Shown: positions 10,534-20,131 of the stretch, one piece after another
Numbering within the stretch: position 1 is the stretch's first letter
Layout of the letters: each line of letters opens with the position of its first letter
Assembly (NCBI GenBank): GCA_937888725.1
Contig: CALARE010000009.1
Coordinates: 970-64,969, forward strand
Direction of reading: 5' to 3'
Source of the DNA: an uncultured Alphaproteobacteria bacterium
Lineage (GTDB): Bacteria; Pseudomonadota; Alphaproteobacteria; CAAHEQ01; UBA3637
DNA: 64,000 bases
Position numbers and translations under genes: made by a program
The notes under the pieces: generated by a model
Database searches by the model: none
The model's input: the letters and a program-made list of their open reading frames with translations, nothing else
Told to the model about the DNA's origin: nothing

Positions 10534-10610
10534 GGGTGTATAGCTCAGTTGGTTAGAGCGCTCCGTTCACATCGTAGAGGTCGTTGGTTCGAGTCCAACT
10601 ACACCCACCA
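10534..10610 (+). tRNA. tRNA-Val (anticodon CAC), with one C·T mismatch in the anticodon stem
   Basis: Acceptor GGGTGTA/TACACCC, D and T arms close to enterobacterial tRNA-Val, anticodon loop TTCACAT, CCA encoded. A terminator hairpin follows at 10614-10650. Confidence 0.7.
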
Positions 10611-10613
10611 TTT

Positions 10614-10650
10614 AAAAGCCACTCTTTATGGGTGGCTTATTTTTTTTATG
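10614..10650 (+). terminator. rho-independent terminator
   Basis: agccactc…gggtggct hairpin followed by a T-run. Confidence 0.6.
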
Positions 10651-10663
10651 TTAAATGCTTTGT

Positions 10664-11203
10664 TTAATCCCAAGGAATAAGGGTTGTATTTTGAATTTCC
10701 AAATGTTGATATGATTTTTGATATTCGCCCAAATCAAATATGTGCGGATACTTTTTTAAATAAAGCATCATTCTGATAGCACCCCCATGCGTCACAATAA
10801 GGGTGTCTTCATCTCTATCTAATTCGTAAAAAAATGAATGAATCCGTTCATAGATTTTAGCAAAGGATTCAGCATTGATTTTTTCAGGCGTGTTGTTAAA
10901 CATCTCCCACATCTCAAGAGGGATATCCTTTTTTATCAATCCTTCAATATCACCATAGCCAATCTCACGCAATCGTTTATCAAATAAAAGTGGGACATTC
11001 AGGTACGAATTAATAATTTCAGCCGTTTGTCTAGCTCGTTTTAAATCAGATGAAATAATTTTATTAATACCTTTTTTTACAATTTGTTGTGCCAAATTAT
11101 GTGCATCAGCTATCCCCTTTTGATTAAGCATGATATCTGTTTGTCCTTGCATTCGACCCATCAAATTCCAATCTGTCTGCCCATGCCTTACTAAATAAAT
11201 CAT
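10664..11203 (-). CDS. histidine phosphatase family protein (phosphoglycerate mutase/GpmB-like)
   Basis: LVRHGQTDWN (RHG catalytic motif). The start was moved to the ATG at 11201-11203, which is preceded by GAGGGG. Confidence 0.65.
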   Translation of the reverse strand: MIYLVRHGQTDWNLMGRMQGQTDIMLNQKGIADAHNLAQQIVKKGINKIISSDLKRARQTAEIINSYLNVPLLFDKRLREIGYGDIEGLIKKDIPLEMWEMFNNTPEKINAESFAKIYERIHSFFYELDRDEDTLIVTHGGAIRMMLYLKKYPHIFDLGEYQKSYQHLEIQNTTLIPWD

Positions 11204-11275
11204 ACACCCCTCAAATTTAACAAATATTTTTTTTAAAAACGACACCACAATTTCACGGTTAGCATATTATTTTAA

Positions 11276-12819
11276 TTAGTCACCATTTTGACGAGATGTT
11301 TCTTTTTTAAGAGAAACTCCTTGATTAGAAAGGATTGTTCTTTCATTTTGATGAATAAGTCTGGCAATTTCAACACCTAAATCCACATCATATCCATCTC
11401 GTGAATTTTGAATAACAAAAAAGGCAACGTCCATTGCATTTATTCCTTTTTCACTTATAACAGTTGCTCCTTTATCCAACAACAATTGAACCATCTCTTT
11501 ATTGAGCATATAGACAGCACTTGTCAAAGGCGTATCGCCACTTTCATTAACGTAATTTACATCAGCCCCTTTTTCAATCAATAATTTTGCAAAATTGGTT
11601 TGCCCTTCCATAATAGCAACTTGCAATGCTGAATAATGTGGCTCCTCTAAAATTTTTGCATTCACGCTTGCCCCTTTTTCAATCAATTCTTCAGCATGCT
11701 TTATGTTTTTTGTTCTAATTAAGTTAATCAATTCAGCATTTAGATGCGGTTTTATATCAACATCTTTAAATTGACCCTCATTTTCCAAAAAAGATTCAAT
11801 TTGCTTATGTCCATTTTTTCGAGCAATGTAAAGTGCACTATCAACACTATACGCATCTAACCAATCAACCAAAATTTCTGTTAAAGATTGGTTGCCGTTT
11901 TCAGCGGCATAATACAATGCATTATTGTTCAATTTATCAACAATTTTCCTTTCAGCACCCACCTCTAACAAATGTTTAACCAAATGTTCATGCCCATTTT
12001 TTGTTGCCACAATTAACGGTGTTTGACCGTCTTTATCCATCACATTTGGGTCAATTTTTTTATCCAGCAAAAAATCGACCCCTTCTTGCCAACCCATTTG
12101 AGAAGCCAAAACAAGAGCGGGTGTTCCATTTTTATCAAATGCCATTGGGTGAACACCTTTTTTAATTTGTTCTGCCATAAGATTTAAATTCTTCTCTCTC
12201 ACAGCTGATGTAAACGTTTGATATTCTGTCTGCATTTGTTTTAAAAAGTCGACAAGTTCCCTATTTTGAGTTTTTGTAGCACACTCAATAACATCATAAT
12301 GATGCACCTCACACCCAAAATAAGTTAAGACAGGGTTACCATGAATCACATGGAAAATATTTGCCCCTTGATTTAAAAGGGACTTTACCGCATCAATATC
12401 TCCTTCTTCAGCCAGATGACAAAGATCATAATCAAGATGAGATTGTGAATAACAATCCCATATCGGTTGCGGTGAAATGGCACCCCCAATTTTTATCAAA
12501 TTTTCAACCTTTTGAATCTGTTTTTTAATCCCTTTCACATGGCAAGCTTCGCAAGTAGACAAGCAACGGTTTAAAATATCTAAACAGGTATGGCCAGCAT
12601 TATCTTTTATCATAACACTTGCCCCATAACGCACCAACATATCAAATGCAAGAAAATACCCATTTTCAAGAGCAAGCATGACAGCTGTTTTACCCTCTTT
12701 ATTTTGCACATTTTTATCAGCCCCTAGATTGAGAGCATAGGCTACAAAGTTTGGGTCACCTCTTGAAACAGCATTTAACAAAAGTTGATTGTTTTCTTCT
12801 TGACTTCTTTGGTCCATGA
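11276..12819 (-). CDS. ankyrin-repeat protein (~514 aa)
   Basis: More than ten ANK units. The start was set at MDQRSQ (ATG 12817-12819), preceded by AAGGAGG. The ORF-track N-terminal extension to 13186 is judged spurious. Confidence 0.7.
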
Positions 12820-12977
12820 TATCCTCCTTACTCACCAAAAAAATATTAACTATACTAAGGCATATTTTGATACAAAAATCAAGAAAAATATCCTTTTTAA
12901 CCAATATTATTTTTTTGTTTACTTTTTTTAAAAAATATTGTATAATAAAATCGTATTCATTTATTATGGAGGGTACC

Positions 12978-13883
12978 ATGACAATAAATACAACGAATAC
13001 ACATATACTTAAACCACTTCCCAAAAGAAAAGAGCATTTTTTTGGCAGATGGATAAAAAGGGCATGGAATTTTATCCCAAGTGTAAAGGCTGTCACAAAA
13101 GGTGTTAAATATGTGTTTAAAAAATTTGTTACCCAAACAAAAAAAGGGATAAATACCAATGAGATAAAACAACTCGTCAAAAGCATTTTTAAAACATTAA
13201 CAGCTTTTGCCTCTTATCCTATTAAATCCGTTCAAAAAACAGCTAATCATTGTCCATTGGATGAAAAGCCTATGATCATTAAAATTGAATCAAATGCTTC
13301 ACAAAATAGACATTTTCATGGTGGTGCCTATTATGATGGGATTGCTGTGGACAGCGATGGACGAGGCAATAATGGTACACCTGATGGCAAGATGGAAGCC
13401 CCTGTTGATACAAAAGCGACTTATTTTATTCTCTATCCTTCAAAATTAGGGTTAGATACAAAAAAATTAAAACAAGCTTTTCAAATTGAATCACAAAAAC
13501 AAGGCGATTATGATTTTTACATTAATAATTGCATTAATCATGTTATCCGACCGCTCCAACAAGCGGGTGCCAAAATTGATTTTGGTGAAATTGCAACACC
13601 CAAAGAATTGTGTATTTGGTGCGATAGCGTTTGTCTAAATGGGGCTGGTTTTTGCTTAAATGAGACAGAATATCAAAAGCTTTTAACACAGCTTGAAGCA
13701 AAAGAACATAATAAACAAATCATTGAAAAACTTTATGCCTTTTCAAAATTAAAAGCTGAAATGAAACAAGTAAAACCTTATGCTATGGCTCAGATTGAAA
13801 TCCCACAAGCAAAAACACACATTCATAAACAAGGGATTAAAATTCGACCCTATCAAAGAAAAGAACATGCTCTTTGTGCATAA
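12978..13883 (+). CDS. hypothetical protein
   Basis: ORF preceded by GGAGGG. The start is trimmed from the ORF-track value. No recognisable domains. Confidence 0.5.
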   Translation: MTINTTNTHILKPLPKRKEHFFGRWIKRAWNFIPSVKAVTKGVKYVFKKFVTQTKKGINTNEIKQLVKSIFKTLTAFASYPIKSVQKTANHCPLDEKPMIIKIESNASQNRHFHGGAYYDGIAVDSDGRGNNGTPDGKMEAPVDTKATYFILYPSKLGLDTKKLKQAFQIESQKQGDYDFYINNCINHVIRPLQQAGAKIDFGEIATPKELCIWCDSVCLNGAGFCLNETEYQKLLTQLEAKEHNKQIIEKLYAFSKLKAEMKQVKPYAMAQIEIPQAKTHIHKQGIKIRPYQRKEHALCA

Positions 13884-14161
13884 GAAAAACAATAAAAAAG
13901 TCATCTTTTTAGATGGCTTTTTTTCTGCAACAAAAAGAATGGTTGCAAATTTAGAAATAGATTGTCACAATAAAACAAAAAGATTCTTGTATTTTAGAAA
14001 CGTTAAAAAAGATTTATCACCATACAAACACAATAAATCAATTTATGATTGAATCTTATGCGTATCTTGTTCAAAATGAAAAAGAAATTAGAAAACAAAT
14101 GCCTTAAATTCCATCATTTTTCCATAAAATAGATATTCCATTAAATTTTATAAATTTGGCA

Positions 14162-14190
14162 TTGATAATTAAACTTTGTTACACTATATT
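14162..14190 (+). promoter_or_regulatory. candidate promoter (TTGATA-17-TATATT) upstream of bcp
   Basis: Hexamers at consensus spacing about 25 nt upstream of the RBS AAGGAGA. Confidence 0.35.
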
Positions 14191-14214
14191 TAAAATATAA
14201 CAAAAGGAGATAAA

Positions 14215-14664
14215 ATGGAAAATATCAAATTACAAGGAATTGATAAAAACGGGGTTGAAAAAGAGTTTTCTCTATCAGATTTTAAAGGGGAAAAAGTGAT
14301 TTTATATTTTTATCCAAAGGATAATACTTCTGGTTGTACGGCTGAGGCCTGTTCTTTTCGAGATAATATGAATAGATTGCTGAAATATGCAACGGTTATT
14401 GGTGTTAGTCCTGATAGCATCAAAAGCCATCAAAAATTTAAAGAAAATCAAAACCTTAATTTCACACTTTTGTCTGATCCAGAGCATAAGCTAGCCTTAC
14501 AATTTGGTGTATGGGTTGAAAAATCAATGTATGGTCGCAAGTATATGGGGATTGAAAGATCCACCTTTGTGTTAGATGAAAACTTAAATACCATCAAAGA
14601 ATGGCACAAAGTTAACGTAAAAGGCCATGTGGACGAGATTCTTGCTTTTTTAACAAAAAAATAA
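14215..14664 (+). CDS. bcp: thiol peroxidase Bcp (peroxiredoxin)
   Basis: YFYPKDNTSGCTAEACSFRD peroxidatic-cysteine motif, 149 aa, good RBS. Confidence 0.85.
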   Translation: MENIKLQGIDKNGVEKEFSLSDFKGEKVILYFYPKDNTSGCTAEACSFRDNMNRLLKYATVIGVSPDSIKSHQKFKENQNLNFTLLSDPEHKLALQFGVWVEKSMYGRKYMGIERSTFVLDENLNTIKEWHKVNVKGHVDEILAFLTKK

Positions 14665-14668
14665 GTTA

Positions 14669-15637
14669 TCAAACTTGATTAATTGATTTTTCAACACCTT
14701 TTTTGAGGGTATTCATACATTTAGTAATCATTTTATTGAGCTTTGTTTCTTGCAAATCAATCCGTTGTTCTTTTGAAAAAAGGGCATATCCTGCGCTTGT
14801 AAAAACAGCTGGTTTGATTTGGCCTTCTTTCATCCAATAGCGAATGGTTGAAACAGGTACCTTGCAAATTTCAGCAAACTTTGAAATGGTGAGTAGTTCA
14901 TCTTTTTCTGCAATTTCAACAGGATTATTTAACATCATTTGAAAAGAACGCTTTAAGGCTTGATTCATAAACATATGGTATGTATCAATCCGCCCCTTTG
15001 ATTGATAAATTTCCAATACCTCAAAAAACCGTTTTTTATCAATCGTCCTTAACAATAATGGGCAATAGCCATTTTTAAGCAGTAAAACACTTAATAAAAT
15101 AAATGCGACATAAAAATTCCCCCGCTTAAACGGAGCTATTGTTAAAAATTTGTTATAAATTTCAAATATATTGGCAAGAGCGTTCGTATCTTTTTTTTGT
15201 ATAAGTAAATCAAGTGCTTTCATCTCAGCCATAATTGCAGAGGGAATAATCGTTTTTAATTTCAAATTTGGATATTGCTCTCTTGATTTACGATATTGCC
15301 CTGCCTCTCCTTCAATTCTATCAAAAATCATTTGATGTATTTTTTTCATAAAAAAGGAATCAATAACCACTTTTTTATAATTTTCAAAAACAAAATCAAG
15401 CGTTTCATTCAGTTGAAATAATAATAAATAATCATGAAAGGATTTGCCACCTGCCGTTTCATTTTGATGAATAAAAAGTTCAATTTCTTGACGTGAAAAA
15501 GACCCCTCCTCCACCATATTTAGCATACAAGAAAGTTCCGTTTTAATGTACAATTTTAAGCGGTTAAACGCTTTTTTATCTTTTAAAATAATACTCAACG
15601 ACAAACGTTCTTTATTAAATTTATGATTATAATTCAA
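14669..15637 (-). CDS. Fic/Doc-like fold protein with a degenerate Fic motif (APFKRGNFY in place of HPFxDGNGR) fused to a C-terminal MerR-type HTH
   Basis: The C-terminal ISKFAEICKVPVSTIRYWMKEG…GYALFSKEQRIDL matches the MerR N-domain signature. The central motif lines up with the Fic core but lacks the catalytic His. Confidence 0.5.
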   Translation of the reverse strand: MNYNHKFNKERLSLSIILKDKKAFNRLKLYIKTELSCMLNMVEEGSFSRQEIELFIHQNETAGGKSFHDYLLLFQLNETLDFVFENYKKVVIDSFFMKKIHQMIFDRIEGEAGQYRKSREQYPNLKLKTIIPSAIMAEMKALDLLIQKKDTNALANIFEIYNKFLTIAPFKRGNFYVAFILLSVLLLKNGYCPLLLRTIDKKRFFEVLEIYQSKGRIDTYHMFMNQALKRSFQMMLNNPVEIAEKDELLTISKFAEICKVPVSTIRYWMKEGQIKPAVFTSAGYALFSKEQRIDLQETKLNKMITKCMNTLKKGVEKSINQV

Positions 15638-15651
15638 AGTATAGCCCCCGC

Positions 15652-15747
15652 TTTATAGTTTTATTATTTTTATAACTATAAACATTTTTTTAAATATATC
15701 AAGCAAAAAATAATGGTTTTGTATTTTTTTAAACTATAAAGTTATAG
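15652..15747. promoter_or_regulatory. cluster of TATAG/CTATA palindromes (TTATAGTT…AACTATAA and CTATAAAGTTATAG) in the promoter region of the Fic-HTH gene
   Basis: Inverted repeats seen directly in the sequence. They are candidate operator sites. No other function is evident. Confidence 0.3.
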
Positions 15748-15912
15748 ATATAATAAAATGATGCCTTATCATTTATTTTTTTTATCCTATTTTTTATCAT
15801 TCAAGGGTTATATCGCATACCCATTCTTGCCCATGTCAGCCGTGTTATTTGCATTTTATGGCATAAAAAAACAAGGAGCAAATGCCCCTTGTTTTTTTGT
15901 TTTTGTTTCGGA

Positions 15913-18900
15913 TTAGAAACCGAAAGTGACACCACTTCTAAACGTTGTTGAGCCATTGCCACCATAAGCAGCACCCGCATTCAACAAAATATTGTCGTTC
16001 ACATGGTGGAATGCACCAACGGCAAACCCTGTCGTCCCACGATAGTACCCCGTACCCAATGATAATTGCGTATCACCAGCTGAGCGTGCATTGGGGACTA
16101 ATGCTGATAAGGCAGCTAAACTTGCAAAACCAGATCTCATTTCATGATCCATTTTGTTCATTTCATCTTCAACACGGCTTAAATTGCTATCTAACGAACT
16201 GACCGCACTGGACAAATCACTCCCTGATTTGATGTAATTTGTACTCGTATAAGCACGGTTACCAATGGCGGCATCAATCCTATCTAAATTGGCAACAACA
16301 GATGAACCTTGAGCTAAATTGTTATTTCTATTTTGCATTTGACTCATATCACCAATTGTGGCGTTGATTGCATCAATATTAGCATTTATGGAATTTGAAG
16401 CTAATACCCCATTGTAATTGGTCGTTGTTGCAGAACCAATATTTCCAGCAACTTGATTGATTGCCCCTGTTACAGAGGTATCACTCCAACTAGATGGCTC
16501 ATAATTGGTTGAGGTAGCAATGCTATATTGACGATTGCCAATCGCGGTATCAAGACTGTCTAAGTTTGCATTTATCGAATTATTCGCATCAATGTTACCA
16601 TTTGCCCCAGTTACAGCATCACCAATATTTGCATTAACCGTTTGAATGGCATCGCTTAAAGAGGCTTGATCTGGCATTGCATAGTTAACTGCCCCACCAG
16701 AATATGTTAAATCACCAATAGCTGTATCCAAACTTGTAATAGCGGTTGTTAAATCTGTGGCTGTGGAGGCGTTATTCGTTGCGGAAAAATCAGCCGTACC
16801 AATGGCATCACCCGCCGCTTTTAACCCTGAGGCAACATCCGTTGCTGTCCCAGCGTTAATAGCTGTATTAGTGCTTGTTATTGTGCGATCACCAATCGCT
16901 GTATCCAAGGCAGTTAAGTGTGATTGAACCGTTTTATCCGCTCCTTGATCAAGGTTTGAACCTGTCAATTCTTTAACATTACCGATTGTGGCATCTAACG
17001 CATTCAAGGATGAAGTCACATCAGCCCCAGCGGTGAGGTTTTTATTCCCTTCATTTAAAGTACCTGTACCAAGAGCCCCTTGCAGTGTTGAATCTTGACC
17101 GTTCCATTGAACATCCACTTTTGCAGAATCCACTTCCCCAGCATCATTTAAAACATTATTCAAAGCTTCCGTCGTTGTCGACACCGCCTCTTTTAATGTT
17201 GCTGGTGTTGTTGCCGCCGTTTTAACAGTTTCACCCGTATAATCGGCGTTTTCAGCATTTACTTTGATTTGAGAATCCGTTTTTGTGGCGGTATAAACAG
17301 TATCAGTTGAAGCATCCGTATCCGTGATTGTAATGGTGCCAGCCGTTGAATCAATTGTAACAAGATTGTCTAGATTTGTCATCGTTTGATTAAGAGCTGT
17401 GTTTGTTTCAGCCAAAGCACCCCCTAAAGTGTCCGCAGAACCACCCGTCACTTTTGTACCTGTGTATGTTCCATTTTCAGCCTGACCAATCACCGTGTTA
17501 TAAACGGTTGCATTCGTTGCAAGTGTTGATGTCCCAGTCGCATCAGTCAAATTTGAACCTGTATCAATGCCATCAACAGTTGTTCCACTTAAAACAAGAG
17601 AACCCCCTTCGATAGAACCTGCACCAACACTCAATGAGGTCCCTGTAATGTCACCAGCCGTGATTGTATTTAAAGTGGCATTCCCTTTTTTTGTGATGCC
17701 ATATGAACCATCTCCAACGGTTAATCCGCTTTCAAATGAGGCATTTCCCACAACGGTTAAATCCTTTCCCGCAACAATAGAACCATCTGTCCCAATGGTT
17801 GTTTTTGTCACCGTGCCAAATGTTGTTTCGCCCGTAAAGGTATTATCACCTGTAAATGTGCTATCTGATTGAACCAATGCATTGATTGCATTTGAGATAT
17901 TTGTATCGGTTTGAGCAGCTGTATAAGCCGTTGTTTCATCATTACCCTCAGCCGTTCTAAATTTAATTGTACCATTTGTTTCTGATACAAGGTTGTTCAA
18001 AGCAGCTGTTGTTTGAGTGATTGTATTGTTTAAATTTGTTTGTAATGCCGAGATGTTAGCCGTATTTGTGTTAATATTTTGTGCATTATTAGCAATGGCA
18101 TTTGTATTTGTCGCAATATTGGCTTTATTGTCAGAGATAGCACTCGCATTTTGATTAATCGCTGTTGCATTATTCGCAATTGCAGTCGCATTATCACCGA
18201 TTTTAGCCGTATTAGAAGCTATATTTTGGGCATTTTCAGAAATATCACTTGTATTTTTGGCAATGGCATCTGCATTTTCTGAGATATCTTCTGTATTTGC
18301 CTCAATCTTTGCCGTATTGGCAGAGATTGCCGTGGCATTTTTGCCAATATTAGTCGTGTTTGTTGTAATATTCCCAGTATTTGTTGTAATATTAGCCGTA
18401 TTTGCCGCAATATTGGCTTTATTGTCAGAGATAGCACTCGCATTTTGATTAATCGCATCTGCATTATTCGCAATTGCAGTCGCATTATCCCCGATTTTAG
18501 CCGTATTAGAAGCAATATCAGCTATATTTTTGTCAATGGCTGTTTCATTTTTTTCGATATCAGCGGTGTTTGCCTCAATAGCTGTTGTATTAGAAGCAAT
18601 ATCAGCTATATTTTTGTCAATGGCCGTTTCATTTTTTGCGATATCAGCGATGTTTGTTGCAATATTTGCCGTATTTGTTGCAACTTGAGCCACAGTGTCG
18701 GCTGTTACACCCGAATCAACTGCCGCTAGCTGGTCAGTCGTTAAACTTGCTTGTTTACCATCTAACGCTGTATTAATGTCTGAAATGGCTGCTTCAGTAT
18801 TGTCTACACGCGTATCTAATTTATCAAACGAGGTACCCAAATCGGTAACCATGTTTATACTTGCTTTTCCTTGAACAGCGGTATTAATTGCTTCTTTAAC

Positions 18901-19143
18901 CGCAGATTCAGTCAAAATATTTGCACTTGACGAATTAGCCCCATCAACAATTGTATATTCTGTACCTGTGCCTGTTGCACCACCAGAACCCATCACATTT
19001 CCATCTGTTTCAGGAATTGTAATTGTTGCCGCACCTGCTGAAGTGGAAATTGCCACCCCAGAGCCAACCAATGTGGCGATAATAACTGCCCGAAAGCGGG
19101 CTTTTAACTCTCTAATAGCGGTTTTTGATAACTTTAACGTCAT
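15913..19143 (-). CDS. trimeric autotransporter adhesin (YadA-like), 1076 aa
   Basis: Extended signal peptide, a long repetitive stalk (NTANIATNIADIAKNETAIDKN…), and a C-terminal YadA-type membrane anchor ending …GVTFGF. Confidence 0.85.
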   Translation of the reverse strand: MTLKLSKTAIRELKARFRAVIIATLVGSGVAISTSAGAATITIPETDGNVMGSGGATGTGTEYTIVDGANSSSANILTESAVKEAINTAVQGKASINMVTDLGTSFDKLDTRVDNTEAAISDINTALDGKQASLTTDQLAAVDSGVTADTVAQVATNTANIATNIADIAKNETAIDKNIADIASNTTAIEANTADIEKNETAIDKNIADIASNTAKIGDNATAIANNADAINQNASAISDNKANIAANTANITTNTGNITTNTTNIGKNATAISANTAKIEANTEDISENADAIAKNTSDISENAQNIASNTAKIGDNATAIANNATAINQNASAISDNKANIATNTNAIANNAQNINTNTANISALQTNLNNTITQTTAALNNLVSETNGTIKFRTAEGNDETTAYTAAQTDTNISNAINALVQSDSTFTGDNTFTGETTFGTVTKTTIGTDGSIVAGKDLTVVGNASFESGLTVGDGSYGITKKGNATLNTITAGDITGTSLSVGAGSIEGGSLVLSGTTVDGIDTGSNLTDATGTSTLATNATVYNTVIGQAENGTYTGTKVTGGSADTLGGALAETNTALNQTMTNLDNLVTIDSTAGTITITDTDASTDTVYTATKTDSQIKVNAENADYTGETVKTAATTPATLKEAVSTTTEALNNVLNDAGEVDSAKVDVQWNGQDSTLQGALGTGTLNEGNKNLTAGADVTSSLNALDATIGNVKELTGSNLDQGADKTVQSHLTALDTAIGDRTITSTNTAINAGTATDVASGLKAAGDAIGTADFSATNNASTATDLTTAITSLDTAIGDLTYSGGAVNYAMPDQASLSDAIQTVNANIGDAVTGANGNIDANNSINANLDSLDTAIGNRQYSIATSTNYEPSSWSDTSVTGAINQVAGNIGSATTTNYNGVLASNSINANIDAINATIGDMSQMQNRNNNLAQGSSVVANLDRIDAAIGNRAYTSTNYIKSGSDLSSAVSSLDSNLSRVEDEMNKMDHEMRSGFASLAALSALVPNARSAGDTQLSLGTGYYRGTTGFAVGAFHHVNDNILLNAGAAYGGNGSTTFRSGVTFGF
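18113..18671. repeat. in-frame DNA repeats within the adhesin stalk (110-bp copies 294 bp apart, plus a tandem 84-bp pair)
   Basis: 18113-18223 is nearly identical to 18407-18517. 18504-18587 is nearly identical to 18588-18671. Confidence 0.7.
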
Positions 19144-19532
19144 TTTTTGTCTCCTTTACTTTGAAGATTTTTATTTTTAACTGGCTCTTTTGACATGCAA
19201 ATGGCAAAAATTGATTGAATGGCTCTCGCCTCTTTTTCATCCATAAATTCAAGGATATTTGTTTCAGGCCTTGTTTTTAATTGTTCCATAAAAATAGCGA
19301 ACAAATAGGCTTGTTCATCTGACAAACGATAATCCACAACATTATTAAAGCAAGCACAATTTTCTTGACAAGTGGCTTTTATTCGCTCTCTATCTGACAA
19401 TTCAACTTGCTGTTCAAAAGCAATATTATTTGTCCCCTTTTCTTGTGCCAACACATTAAAACCACACAGAGCGATACCAAAGGCTAACCCGAGATTTAAA
19501 AACAACCTGTTATAAAATCTGCCTTTTTTCAT
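19140..19532 (-). CDS. hypothetical secreted protein, translationally coupled to the adhesin gene (ATGA overlap)
   Basis: N-terminal signal peptide. Its stop overlaps the adhesin ATG. Confidence 0.5.
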   Translation of the reverse strand: MKKGRFYNRLFLNLGLAFGIALCGFNVLAQEKGTNNIAFEQQVELSDRERIKATCQENCACFNNVVDYRLSDEQAYLFAIFMEQLKTRPETNILEFMDEKEARAIQSIFAICMSKEPVKNKNLQSKGDKK

Positions 19533-19540
19533 CCTCACCC

Positions 19541-19999
19541 CTAGTACAACCAATTTGTTTTATGTGTATAGATTTCAACTTCAACACGACGAGAGCGTTC
19601 ATGACACTCATCTTCATGACAAACAGGTTCCGCATCCCCTTTAAAATCTGTATGAATTCTATCTTCATCAATTCCTTGTTCAACTAAATAATCTTTAACT
19701 GCATCAGCTCTTTTTTCAGATAAAACAAGGTTTTGATCTATATCACCTGTTGGATCAGCATGCCCAATCAAATTGACATGCCGTCTTTCAAAACGTTCCA
19801 ATTTTTCAACAACCCAATTTAGATTTTCTTTTTCCTGTGATGTTAATTTAGACTCATCCACATCAAAATAAACAATCGGCTGACATCCTTTTACAACACT
19901 TCCTTGACAAACTGAACCATTTTGCGAAAAACCGTATTGTGAAAAAGTAGAACATCCGCCTAAAAATATCGCAACTGTTAAAAAGAGTATTTTTTGCAT
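19541..19999 (-). CDS. OmpA-family lipoprotein (peptidoglycan-associated)
   Basis: Lipobox LGGC and an OmpA-like C-terminal domain (GHADPTGD…NLVLSEKRADAV). Confidence 0.8.
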   Translation of the reverse strand: MQKILFLTVAIFLGGCSTFSQYGFSQNGSVCQGSVVKGCQPIVYFDVDESKLTSQEKENLNWVVEKLERFERRHVNLIGHADPTGDIDQNLVLSEKRADAVKDYLVEQGIDEDRIHTDFKGDAEPVCHEDECHERSRRVEVEIYTHKTNWLY

Positions 20000-20131
20000 A
20001 ACTGTCCCCTGTTATATTTCCCCTTCTTTCTTTTTAGAATAAAAAAATATAACTTGTCAAATACTTTTTGCATAAAATTTTATTTATTTTTATACCAACG
20101 TATTATCAAAGGGAGAGAGTCTTAAAAAAGA

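Noticed and set aside
12820-13186. N-terminal 122-aa extension of the ankyrin ORF (ORF track 11276..13186) and the overlapping 12816..12977 start of the + strand ORF
   Set aside because: The extensions read through the A+T-rich divergent promoter region. Good RBS-ATG pairs exist at 12819 (-) and 12978 (+), and the extension is a hydrophobic low-complexity artefact.
13780-14052. 90-aa ORF spanning the 3' end of 12978..13883 and the following terminator
   Set aside because: It overlaps a longer gene in another frame and runs across a hairpin plus T-run. No RBS.
18079-18729. Several ORFs (60-100 aa) antisense to the adhesin gene
   Set aside because: They are mirror reading frames of a repetitive Asn/Thr/Ala-rich gene, Cys/Ile-rich nonsense with no RBS.
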